Shown: positions 30,605-39,002 of the stretch, piece by piece | Position numbering within the stretch: position 1 is the first letter of the stretch | How the letters are laid out: every line of letters begins with the position of its first letter | Assembly: GCA_050248615.1 (NCBI GenBank) | Contig: JBFWSA010000001.1 | Span: forward strand, 13,100-77,099 | DNA length: 64,000 bases | Direction: 5' to 3' | Origin: Simkaniaceae bacterium | Lineage (GTDB): Bacteria > Chlamydiota > Chlamydiia > Chlamydiales > Simkaniaceae | Translations under genes and position numbers: made by a program | The notes under the pieces: model-generated | The model's input: only the letters and a program-made list of their open reading frames with translations | Database searches by the model: none | What the model was told of the DNA's origin: nothing

Positions 30605-31771
30605 ATGAAACTCTCTTTACAAGACCTAGATATTCAGGGGAAAAAAGTTCTCATGCGTGTCGACTTTAATGTTCCTCTTCATCCCGATGGCAGTATTAGT
30701 GATGATACCCGTATTCGCCTTACACTTCCCTCAATTGAATATGTGTTAAATCAAGGGGGTGCACTGATTTTAATGAGTCACTTTGGTCGCCCTAAGGGAA
30801 TACCCAACCCAGCTTTTTCCTTAAAACCTTGTGCAGAGCGTCTCAGTCAACTCCTCGGGAAAGAGGTCAGACTGATCGCTACTTATGCCCAAGCTAAAGA
30901 GATCCATCCTGGGGAGGTCGTCCTTCTTGAAAATCTCCGTTTTCATGAAGGAGAAGAACATCCTGAAAAGGATCCTAGTTTTGCAAAATCCCTAGCAGAG
31001 CTCGGAGATATCTATGTCAATAATGCCTTTGGAACTGCCCATCGTAACCATGCCTCAACAGCAGTCATTACCGAGTACTTCCCTAAGAAAAGTGCCATGG
31101 GTTTTTTAATGGAAAAAGAGGTCTCTTTCCTCTCTCAAGTCGTTATCTCCCCTAAGCGCCCTTTTTATGCAATCTTAGGAGGGGCCAAAGTGAGTTCTAA
31201 AATTGGAGTTCTCGAATCCCTAATTCAAAAGATCGATGCGATCTTTATCGGAGGGGGGATGGCTTTTACTTTTTTAAAAGTTCAAGGGATTTCTATTGGA
31301 GACTCGATTTGCGATGATGCCCTAATAGAAAAAGCTCAGGCCTTTTTGAAAGGATGTCTTGAAAAAGCGATTCAAGTCCACTTACCTGTAGACATTATCA
31401 TTACAAATGGCACCGAAAACCAAGTAGTTCTAGTCAAAGAGGGAATCCCCTCTGGTTGGAAAGGGATGGATATCGGGCCGAAAACACTAGAACAGTGGGT
31501 CCCCTTTTTAGAGAAAGCGGCTACCATTTTTTGGAATGGCCCCATGGGAGTTTTTGAAGATCCAGCCTTTGCAAGTGGCACCAATCGCCTCGCTCAAAAT
31601 TTATCTACTCTATCTGGCAATGTGATTGTGGGTGGAGGAGATTCCGTCGCCGCCATTAATGCCCTCCATTTAGAGAAAAATTTTGCGCACATCTCCACGG
31701 GGGGAGGGGCCTCTCTAGAATTTATTGAATATGGTCATCTCCCAGGAATCGATGCTTTGACAAACAAATAA
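30605..31771 (+). CDS. pgk: phosphoglycerate kinase
   Basis: RVDFNVP, LLENLRF, FGTAHR, GGAKVSSK, WNGPMG, HISTGGGASLE. Confidence 0.97.
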   Translation: MKLSLQDLDIQGKKVLMRVDFNVPLHPDGSISDDTRIRLTLPSIEYVLNQGGALILMSHFGRPKGIPNPAFSLKPCAERLSQLLGKEVRLIATYAQAKEIHPGEVVLLENLRFHEGEEHPEKDPSFAKSLAELGDIYVNNAFGTAHRNHASTAVITEYFPKKSAMGFLMEKEVSFLSQVVISPKRPFYAILGGAKVSSKIGVLESLIQKIDAIFIGGGMAFTFLKVQGISIGDSICDDALIEKAQAFLKGCLEKAIQVHLPVDIIITNGTENQVVLVKEGIPSGWKGMDIGPKTLEQWVPFLEKAATIFWNGPMGVFEDPAFASGTNRLAQNLSTLSGNVIVGGGDSVAAINALHLEKNFAHISTGGGASLEFIEYGHLPGIDALTNK

Positions 31772-31788
31772 TTTCATCAGTTTCTCCG

Positions 31789-31816
31789 TTGTAAAATATC
31801 TTCTCCCTGCTATAAT
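31789..31816 (+). promoter_or_regulatory. putative sigma70/sigma66 promoter upstream of ntt
   Basis: TTGTAA-16 bp-TATAAT. Confidence 0.4.
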
Positions 31817-31825
31817 GTGGGGTAG

Positions 31826-31993
31826 ATGAACCTATCCAGTATTTAAGGTTTTATTTGATTTCTTCGATTTTTGAACAGATTTTCCCTTTTCATTTTGATC
31901 ACATTGTCCATGAGACAAGAGGTCAAAATGAAAAGGGGAAAGATGCCAGAAAGCGTGGAATAAAAAATATCCTTAAATACTGGATAGGTTCAT
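31826..31993. mobile_element. 168-bp palindromic MITE-like element C
   Basis: Perfect 23-bp IR ATGAACCTATCCAGTATTTAAGG (31826-31848 / 31971-31993); inner hairpin CCCTTTTCATTTTGA..TCAAAATGAAAAGGG. Confidence 0.8.
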
Positions 31994-32081
31994 GGATAAT
32001 CAAAAATATCCACACCATTTTGACGCAGGAAAACCAGGACCATGTGTAACATTCGTTTGAGGCGAGGCAAGTTGTGATATC

Positions 32082-32246
32082 AGTGCCTGACCGCAAAAGT
32101 TCTTGCAGTAATTTTTGCGTGAAAGACACGCGATTGAACCGCCGAAAAGGATGCTGTATTAATGCAATACAATATCTTTTTCGGCAGCTCAAGCCCGGGA
32201 ACTTCGACGCTAAAAATTCCATGAAGAACTTTTCCGGTCAGGCACT
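32082..32246. mobile_element. 165-bp palindromic MITE-like element D
   Basis: 23-bp IR with one mismatch, AGTGCCTGACCG(C/G)AAAAGTTCTT (32082-32104 / 32224-32246); inner hairpin GCCGAAAA..TTTTCGGC. Confidence 0.8.
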
Positions 32247-32353
32247 AGCCCTCTATGTAGATAGAAAGTCCTTCTTCTCTTTATCTCTCTCTACAAACTC
32301 TTGCGGTCATCTACAATCAGATTCAATTGACAAATTTTTTACCTTGGAGAGTC

Positions 32354-33946
32354 ATGTCATCCAAAGCTAATGCAGAATTTAGTCGCTGGCGTTCTTTTTT
32401 CTGGCCCATCCACCGTTGGGAAATTAAAAAGTTTGTTCCCCTTCTGATTTTGTATGCCTTGATTTGTTTTAATTATAGCTTGTTAAAAGCTGCTAAAGAT
32501 GCCCTCGTCATCACAGCGCCTGGCTCAGGAGCTGCTGCCATCCCCTTCATCAAAATCTGGGCGATTTTGCCAATGGCACTCCTCGTCACCTATCTTTTTA
32601 CAAGACTCTTCAACAAATACAATCAAGAAAAGCTCTTCTATATCATGATCGGGAGCTTTCTCTCCTTTTTTGTTCTTTTTGCAACCGTTCTCTACCCTTT
32701 ACGCGAAGTCTTACATCCTCATAATATGGCAGACCATATGCAACAGATTCTCCCTGAAGGGTTCAAAGGACTTATCTCAGTCTTCCGCAACTGGTCCTAT
32801 ACCCTCTTTTATGTCATGTCAGAGCTCTGGGGAACGGCCATCATGTCTGTCCTCTTCTGGGCTTTTGCCAATGAAATCATGACTGTCAAAGATGCAAAAA
32901 GACTCTATGGAATTTTAGGGGTAGGGGCAAACCTTGCCGCCATTCTTTCAGGACAAATTGCTATCATCCTTTCAGGCGAACTCATTGACATGTCCTTTAT
33001 TTTTGGATCAGACCGCTGGGGACAGTGCCTAGGGCTCGTCACAACAGTGGTTGTCTTTACAGGACTTCTCACGATCGCCCTCTTCCGCTGGTATCATGTA
33101 AGAGTTGTCAATCGGGACCCCGCCATGCAGCAAGAGCATAAACGGAACCATGATGAACGCAAATCGGTTAAAATGGGGATGCGCAAAAATTTTGCTTACC
33201 TTGCTAAATCAAAATACCTGTTGTGTATCGCTGTTCTGGTAATCGCCTTTAACGTAGCTATCAACATGATTGAAATCATTTGGAAGGATCAAATTTGCCT
33301 TCTTTACCCGAATCCTAACGATTTCAATGCCTATATGGGAAAAGTTTTAACTGCTATCGGAGTCCTTTCGACCTTTATCGGGCTTTTCCTCTGTGGAAAT
33401 ATGATCCGCAAGCTCGGTTGGACCATTAGCGCCCTCATCACCCCTGTTGCGCTCCTGATCACAGGAATATTTTTCTTTAGCGTTCTCCTCTTCAAAGACA
33501 GTTATATTCTCTCCACTTGGACCACAATGATCGGGCTCACCCCCCTAGCGATAGGCGTTCTCTTTGGAACCATTCAAAACGTCTTATCCAGAGCCTGCAA
33601 ATACACCCTATTTGACGCGACCAAAGAAATCTCTTTTATTCCCTTAAGCTCAGAATCTAAACTTAAAGGAAAAGCTGCCATCGATGGTGTGGGCTCAAGG
33701 CTCGGTAAAACAGGAGGATCGATCGTTCACGGCGGTCTTTTGATGTTCTTTGGAAGTGTTTCTCTCAGCACCCCTTTTGTGGGAGTTTTCCTTCTCCTCG
33801 TTGTTTTTGGATGGATCGTTGCTGTGCAATCCCTTGGCCGCCAATTTACTCACCTCACCTCTCAGGATGAAAAGCTCGATATCGAATCTCAACAACCCGT
33901 GGCTGTAGAAAGGTCCTCTACCCAAGAAGCCTCTGTCCCTTCATGA
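32354..33946 (+). CDS. NTT/TLC-family nucleotide transporter
   Basis: FWPIHRWEIKKF, FYVMSELWG, KYTLFDATKE, KGKAAIDGVGSRLGKTGG; GGAG SD; synteny with pgsA-sohB-polA suggests an Npt2-type locus. Confidence 0.92.
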   Translation: MSSKANAEFSRWRSFFWPIHRWEIKKFVPLLILYALICFNYSLLKAAKDALVITAPGSGAAAIPFIKIWAILPMALLVTYLFTRLFNKYNQEKLFYIMIGSFLSFFVLFATVLYPLREVLHPHNMADHMQQILPEGFKGLISVFRNWSYTLFYVMSELWGTAIMSVLFWAFANEIMTVKDAKRLYGILGVGANLAAILSGQIAIILSGELIDMSFIFGSDRWGQCLGLVTTVVVFTGLLTIALFRWYHVRVVNRDPAMQQEHKRNHDERKSVKMGMRKNFAYLAKSKYLLCIAVLVIAFNVAINMIEIIWKDQICLLYPNPNDFNAYMGKVLTAIGVLSTFIGLFLCGNMIRKLGWTISALITPVALLITGIFFFSVLLFKDSYILSTWTTMIGLTPLAIGVLFGTIQNVLSRACKYTLFDATKEISFIPLSSESKLKGKAAIDGVGSRLGKTGGSIVHGGLLMFFGSVSLSTPFVGVFLLLVVFGWIVAVQSLGRQFTHLTSQDEKLDIESQQPVAVERSSTQEASVPS

Positions 33947-34590
33947 AACGGCATCTTTGCCTCCTGCTGACTTGTGTATCTCTCCAAGCGCAAGACCCTA
34001 CAGAAGCGATTTTTTCGTGGATTTATCATTCAGGCACATGGGATGAATCGGGGTTTTCCTTAAGCGGCTCTCAGGTAGAGATCATGCAACCCTATATGCA
34101 GTTTTTGCAAGATTTTCTAAATCAGTATGAAATCCAAAGTGTCGTTGATGTCGGATGTGGAGATTGGGCATTTTCTCGCTATATCGATTGGAACAGAATT
34201 GAATATTTCGGCATTGATATCGTCCCCTTTGTAATAGAGCGTAATCTAGAGCTTTTTTCACAGTCTAATATTCATTTTATTCTCGGAAATGCTCTCGAAA
34301 TGGATCTTCCTGAAGCCGATCTGTTAATTTGTAAAGATACCTTTCAGCACCTATCCAATCAAAGCATTAAACGCCTGCTTGCCCAATGTGGAAAATTTAA
34401 GCACTGCTTGTTTACAGATTATGTCGATCCTAAAACCCTCTCTAGCTCAAACTCTGATATCCCCAATGGAAACATGCATTTTATCGACTTAACAAAGCCC
34501 CCCTTCAACCTCAAAGGAGAAAAAGTTCTCCTTTTTCAAGGTGTGGGGGCTCCCAAGCAAACCCTGCACATTCAGCAAAGTTTAAATTAG
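33943..34590 (+). CDS. class I SAM-dependent methyltransferase with possible signal peptide
   Basis: VVDVGCGDW, GIDIV, DLLICKDTFQHL. Confidence 0.8.
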   Translation: MKRHLCLLLTCVSLQAQDPTEAIFSWIYHSGTWDESGFSLSGSQVEIMQPYMQFLQDFLNQYEIQSVVDVGCGDWAFSRYIDWNRIEYFGIDIVPFVIERNLELFSQSNIHFILGNALEMDLPEADLLICKDTFQHLSNQSIKRLLAQCGKFKHCLFTDYVDPKTLSSSNSDIPNGNMHFIDLTKPPFNLKGEKVLLFQGVGAPKQTLHIQQSLN

Positions 34591-35849
34591 AACGCAAGAC
34601 TTGCGCTTGCAGAAAGACCACTCAGAGTGGTATTGCCGCCATCAATAAAGAAGTTAGGCCCTTCAGATCCTGATAGAGGAAAAGTAGGAACAGCAATGAG
34701 CGTAAAATCATACTGAGGATTCAAAAATTTACTGGTCCCAAAGAATACGCTATAGTCATACCCTAACTTAAGAGTTAAACAAACACGGTCTTGACAAAAT
34801 GGTTTTTCCCAACAGAAGCCAATCCCTAAATCGGCAATAGTAACGACTGTGTGGAGATGCTTTTTCACTATAAAATCACTTTCATAAGGATCTGTGGAAA
34901 CCCCAATAGCTAGGATAGCTTGGGTAAGGTTACGAATCGGCTTCTGATCTGCGAGTTTGTAACGCATGCTATACCATCCATCCAGAACAGAAAATGCACT
35001 CGTGCTATAGAGACAAAAGCCTTTCCCCAACATCCACTTGGTATTGAGACCTAGCTTTCCTCCAATTCCCCATAAGTCATTTTTCATCCGAATCCCAATT
35101 TTGCGAGCAATCTCTCCTGGTTCTGCAGCGATTCCCGCAGTAAAATTCAAAGCCAAAAACTTTAAATTATAGTTTTGGTCAAGCCAAGCAGTCCTGGCAC
35201 CAACATAAGGCTTTAATGACAAAAACTTACTAACTAAAAACTCTCTTCCTAAATCCAGATCCCACACATCAAAACGGTAGTGCCAATGAGCTGCTGCACG
35301 GTTAACCAACCTGGGAACATCAAAAAGTTTGGCGACCCAAAAAGGGCTGATATAGGTTCCAGTTCCAGAAGCCGCTCCAAAGTTTGCAGCAATGGCAACG
35401 TTGTTGGGGTCTGGGTCAGAATCCGTAGAGAGATGTCCTGAAGCTTTCCCATGAAAGCGCTTCCACTGAGAGGAAAGATCCCAACCATCATGAGGCAAAT
35501 ACCCTCCTAGACCAACAACAAAGCCCCATCCCCAGTGGAATTTCGGCGTATGGGCTTTACCAGCCGTTAGATCTAACGTAAACGATTCACTATCGGGTGC
35601 ATTATAATTATAATCCCCTATAATGGCATAATCAAGACCATCTGCAGAAGCCCTAGCAAAGATAGGCCCCCCAAACATATACATTCCGATGCCTTGTTTA
35701 GCACAGGAACCTACAGGAGGCGTTATCGGTCTATTTTCTAGAGCAGTCACGCGCTCTTCTAAGCTTTGATTTTGAATATTGGATCCATTTGCCCATAAAA
35801 ATGAAAGGCAAAATACAGGTGGAAGAAAAAACAAAGATCTTATTTTCAT
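34587..35849 (-). CDS. MOMP-like / Lpg1974-family outer-membrane porin
   Basis: Signal peptide, LEERVTALE coiled segment, HDGWD, LGREF..LKPYVG, GIGGKLG, terminal Phe. Confidence 0.75.
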   Translation of the reverse strand: MKIRSLFFLPPVFCLSFLWANGSNIQNQSLEERVTALENRPITPPVGSCAKQGIGMYMFGGPIFARASADGLDYAIIGDYNYNAPDSESFTLDLTAGKAHTPKFHWGWGFVVGLGGYLPHDGWDLSSQWKRFHGKASGHLSTDSDPDPNNVAIAANFGAASGTGTYISPFWVAKLFDVPRLVNRAAAHWHYRFDVWDLDLGREFLVSKFLSLKPYVGARTAWLDQNYNLKFLALNFTAGIAAEPGEIARKIGIRMKNDLWGIGGKLGLNTKWMLGKGFCLYSTSAFSVLDGWYSMRYKLADQKPIRNLTQAILAIGVSTDPYESDFIVKKHLHTVVTIADLGIGFCWEKPFCQDRVCLTLKLGYDYSVFFGTSKFLNPQYDFTLIAVPTFPLSGSEGPNFFIDGGNTTLSGLSASASLAF

Positions 35850-35941
35850 GGTTCTCCTCAGAGATCAGTTGTTAGCAAAAGGACTAATTTTACCTTCTCA
35901 AAAGGTTTCTTGTCAAAGAAGGATTAAATGACTCACAACTT

Positions 35942-36082
35942 GAGACCGTTGCAAAACTGCTTTCATTCAACTGAGCTGAGTTTTTTAGAGAAAATTTTTC
36001 TCAGCTTTTGAGGCCAGCTCTAATCAGAGCTGACCAATAAGAGAAAAAATTTAATCAAAATGGGTCAACTTAGGGTGAAAGC
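35942..36082. mobile_element. truncated palindromic element E
   Basis: Starts GAGACCGTTGCAAAACT (IS-like end, no partner found); inner arms GCTTTCA/TGAAAGC; core 35981-36055 is similar to 38694-38768. Confidence 0.6.
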
Positions 36083-36191
36083 TCTGGAGTCAGCTGAATA
36101 AACGCATTGTGTATATTCTTTGCTTGAAAAAATTTGAGGACTTTGTAAATAGTGAGGAGTAGAACACATTTCATTCATTTGGGAGAAAAAA

Positions 36192-37400
36192 ATGAAATAC
36201 TTCTCACTATTAACCGCTCTCTGCACAGCTTTCTCAGTTGCAAGCTACGCTGCAGAAGACAGCGAATTTATGGAATCTCGGATTGCTCAAGTAGAATCAA
36301 CCCTCAGTGAGCACTCTAAACTTTTTGAACGTGTGATTGCACAGTCTCAGTATGACTCAACAAACACATACTCTTCTGACACCATGTCCAGTAAAACTCC
36401 ATCCGATCAAAATGTCGTGATGCATTCTGCTCATGGGTGCATGGATAGCGGATTTATGATCCAAGCAGAGTTCCTTTGGTGGCGGGCCAATATGGATATG
36501 TTGGAGTATGTCCTTCAATCAAACGGAGAGAATACCATTCTCACTTCTACTCAAGCAAGTTTTAAAGAGCCTGATTTTGAATACGACCCTGGAGTACGGG
36601 TAGCAATCGGATACGATTTCGGCCGATCGAATTGGGATGTCAAGCTTGCCTGGACCTATCACTACACAGATGTTTCAGATAGTTCACGAGGACCTGGAGA
36701 TTCTTTCTTAAGCCAAGTAGCAACCCGCTTTCAATCGGCTTCAGACACCTTCTATAACTTCATTATATCATCCAATGCCAAAGCAGATTGGCAAACCCGT
36801 CTCAATGCCCTCGATTTCGAAATGGGTTACGACTACTTTTTTAGCGATCGTTTTTCGATGCGCCCCCATTTCGGTTTAAAAGCAGCTTGGATCGATATGC
36901 ATTATAATGCAGCTTATGACACTATGCTCGATGGTGCGATTGCCCCAGGAGACCCAAGTATCTTTACAGGAAGCATGCGTTCCCACTCAGAATACTGGGC
37001 TGTGGGTCCCCGTATGGGTTTCGATACCTACCTGCATATTGGCTGGGGATTTAGCCTTTATGGAAAGTTTGCCGGCGCTTTGATCTATGGAGAGTATGAC
37101 ACAACTTCCCGATTTTCTTTTTCGCGCCCTCCTCCAGCTCTTCTTGGAAGCAATGGAATTCTTGATGGATTCCCCTTGAAACACAATGACTACTCACGAC
37201 TAAGAACTATGGCTGAAATGGCAATTGGTCTTGAATGGGGCTATTGCTTCTCAAATGATTACTATTTAGGTTTTAATATTGGCTGGGAAAACCAATACTG
37301 GTGGAATCAAATGGAATTATACTTCCTAACAACGGATTATCACCCTCGTGGAGATCTCACCTATAGTGGTCTGGACGTTGGACTCCGCTTCGACTTCTAA
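36192..37400 (+). CDS. MOMP-like / Lpg1974-family outer-membrane porin
   Basis: Signal peptide, AEFLWW, PGVRVAIGY, RPHFGLK, GPRMG, GWENQYWWNQ, terminal RFDF. Confidence 0.8.
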   Translation: MKYFSLLTALCTAFSVASYAAEDSEFMESRIAQVESTLSEHSKLFERVIAQSQYDSTNTYSSDTMSSKTPSDQNVVMHSAHGCMDSGFMIQAEFLWWRANMDMLEYVLQSNGENTILTSTQASFKEPDFEYDPGVRVAIGYDFGRSNWDVKLAWTYHYTDVSDSSRGPGDSFLSQVATRFQSASDTFYNFIISSNAKADWQTRLNALDFEMGYDYFFSDRFSMRPHFGLKAAWIDMHYNAAYDTMLDGAIAPGDPSIFTGSMRSHSEYWAVGPRMGFDTYLHIGWGFSLYGKFAGALIYGEYDTTSRFSFSRPPPALLGSNGILDGFPLKHNDYSRLRTMAEMAIGLEWGYCFSNDYYLGFNIGWENQYWWNQMELYFLTTDYHPRGDLTYSGLDVGLRFDF

Positions 37401-37413
37401 TTTCTTCTTGACT

Positions 37414-37440
37414 TCTAGGCAACCCCAAGGGCTGCCTAGA
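37414..37440 (+). terminator. stem-loop after the porin gene (possible terminator)
   Basis: TCTAGGCAACCC-CAA-GGGCTGCCTAGA; weak U-tract. Confidence 0.4.
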
Positions 37441-37486
37441 GCATTTCATATTTAGGTTTTAAGGGGGATCTGGCATACTGATTATC

Positions 37487-38113
37487 ATGGACCAAGTTGT
37501 ACAGTTTATTGTTGAAAACAGCCGTTTTGCCCCATGGATAACCTTGGGGCTCGTCTTGCTAGCTGGACTCAATATCCCCATCAGCATTGACATCGTCATT
37601 GTCCTTTCTGCATTTTTGGCTGCAACCACCATTCCTGAACATACATTTACCCTCTACATTAGCTTGCTCGTAGGTTGCTATTTTTCTGCATGGATTGCTT
37701 ACTGGGTAGGACGTAAATTAGGGAAGAAACTTTTAAAAATCGGGTATTTTGCAAAAATGCTTCCTGAAACACGACTAAAAAAAGTAGAAGCTTTTTATGA
37801 AAAGCATGGGATGTTGACCCTTTTGATTGGAAGGTTTATCCCGTTCGGGGTGCGTAATTGCATCTTTATGAGTACTGGGATCAGTCAATCCAATTTTGGA
37901 AAATTTATCCGTAGAGATGCCTTAGCTTGCACGATCTGGACAACGGTATGTTTCTTTGCCTACTACAGCATTGGGCACAATTATGAACTTCTCCTTCAAA
38001 AGCTCAAAACGCTAAACCTTTTCATCTTTTTAGCTTTCAGCCTGGCAATCATTGGATTCCTTTCTTATAGGAAATATAGGAAAAAAAGTGGAAATACGCT
38101 TGATAAAAACTAA
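37487..38113 (+). CDS. DedA-family membrane protein
   Basis: AGLNIPISID, YWVGR, GRFIPFGVR. Confidence 0.88.
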   Translation: MDQVVQFIVENSRFAPWITLGLVLLAGLNIPISIDIVIVLSAFLAATTIPEHTFTLYISLLVGCYFSAWIAYWVGRKLGKKLLKIGYFAKMLPETRLKKVEAFYEKHGMLTLLIGRFIPFGVRNCIFMSTGISQSNFGKFIRRDALACTIWTTVCFFAYYSIGHNYELLLQKLKTLNLFIFLAFSLAIIGFLSYRKYRKKSGNTLDKN

Positions 38114-38166
38114 CATTTAGATCCATAAATAAAGCGAATAGAGATGTAGGAAATTAGACGATTATT

Positions 38167-38673
38167 ATGCTGAATCCTCCCAACAGTCTTTCTCTTTTGA
38201 GGGCCCCCCTGGCGCTCCTTTTTATTATAGAAAACACGACCATTCGTTTCATTGTCGTTCTTCTTGCCATGCTCACGGACTGCATTGATGGGTATCTAGC
38301 ACGCCGCTACCGCTACACTTCTCGAATTGGGGCCATTCTCGATCCCCTGATGGATAAGTTTTTTGTTTACGTGGCTCTCACAGTCCTCCTTGTTGAAGGT
38401 CAGATCGCTTCCTGGCAAGCCGCTACGATGCTCACGCGAGATTTTGCCCTCTTCCTCTTTATGCTCTACTTGGGGGTTACGGGGACTTGGAGAAATCTCG
38501 AGTTTAAAGCGATTCGTTGGGGAAAAGTCACCACGGCTTCCCAATTCATCATCCTCTCAGCGATTGTTTTAAAAATTCCCTTTCCCCCTTTTCTCTATTA
38601 TGCTTTTATCCTCTTTGGTTGCTTAGCCTTCCTAGAACTCATCCAGTACTCGAAGAGGTTGTCTTCGAATTAA
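38167..38673 (+). CDS. pgsA: CDP-alcohol phosphatidyltransferase (PgsA-like)
   Basis: PNSLSLLR, TDCIDGYLARR..GAILDPLMDK. Confidence 0.8.
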   Translation: MLNPPNSLSLLRAPLALLFIIENTTIRFIVVLLAMLTDCIDGYLARRYRYTSRIGAILDPLMDKFFVYVALTVLLVEGQIASWQAATMLTRDFALFLFMLYLGVTGTWRNLEFKAIRWGKVTTASQFIILSAIVLKIPFPPFLYYAFILFGCLAFLELIQYSKRLSSN

Positions 38674-38782
38674 AATTTCATTAGATTTTTCCTTTTTTTA
38701 GAGAAAATTTTTCTCGGCTTTTGAGGCTAGCTCTAATGAGCTGACTGAAAAAGAGAAAAATATTTAATTCGGAGACAGCCTC
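38655..38782. mobile_element. 128-bp MITE-like element F
   Basis: 20-bp IR GAGG(T/C)TGTCT(T/C)CGAATTAAA with two mismatches (38655-38674 / 38763-38782); flanked by GAA on both sides. Confidence 0.7.
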
Positions 38783-38788
38783 GAAAAG

Positions 38789-38948
38789 ACAGGGCTAACG
38801 CATTAAAATTTGTTGAAGAAGTGCTTCCTAGGAGGAAAGTTCAAGGCGCCTGATGCAGGCAATCCTGCCAGGGGCTGTCGAAGCAAGGCAACATGGAAAT
38901 TTTCCCTAGGAAGAACTTAAGCAACAAATTTTAATGCGTTAGCCCTGT
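38789..38948. mobile_element. 160-bp MITE-like element G with CAGGG ends (ISAs1-like)
   Basis: Perfect 27-bp IR ACAGGGCTAACGCATTAAAATTTGTTG; direct repeat TCGAAAAG at 38781-38788 and 38949-38956. Confidence 0.82.
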
Positions 38949-39002
38949 TCGAAAAGACTATCTTCTTGAATCTCCTTTGTTATTTTGCTAGAATTTTTCG
39001 CT

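Noticed and set aside
31855..32370. ORFs 31855-32049, 31923-32222 and 32074-32370 as genes
   Set aside because: They lie largely within palindromic elements C and D and show no recognisable protein motifs
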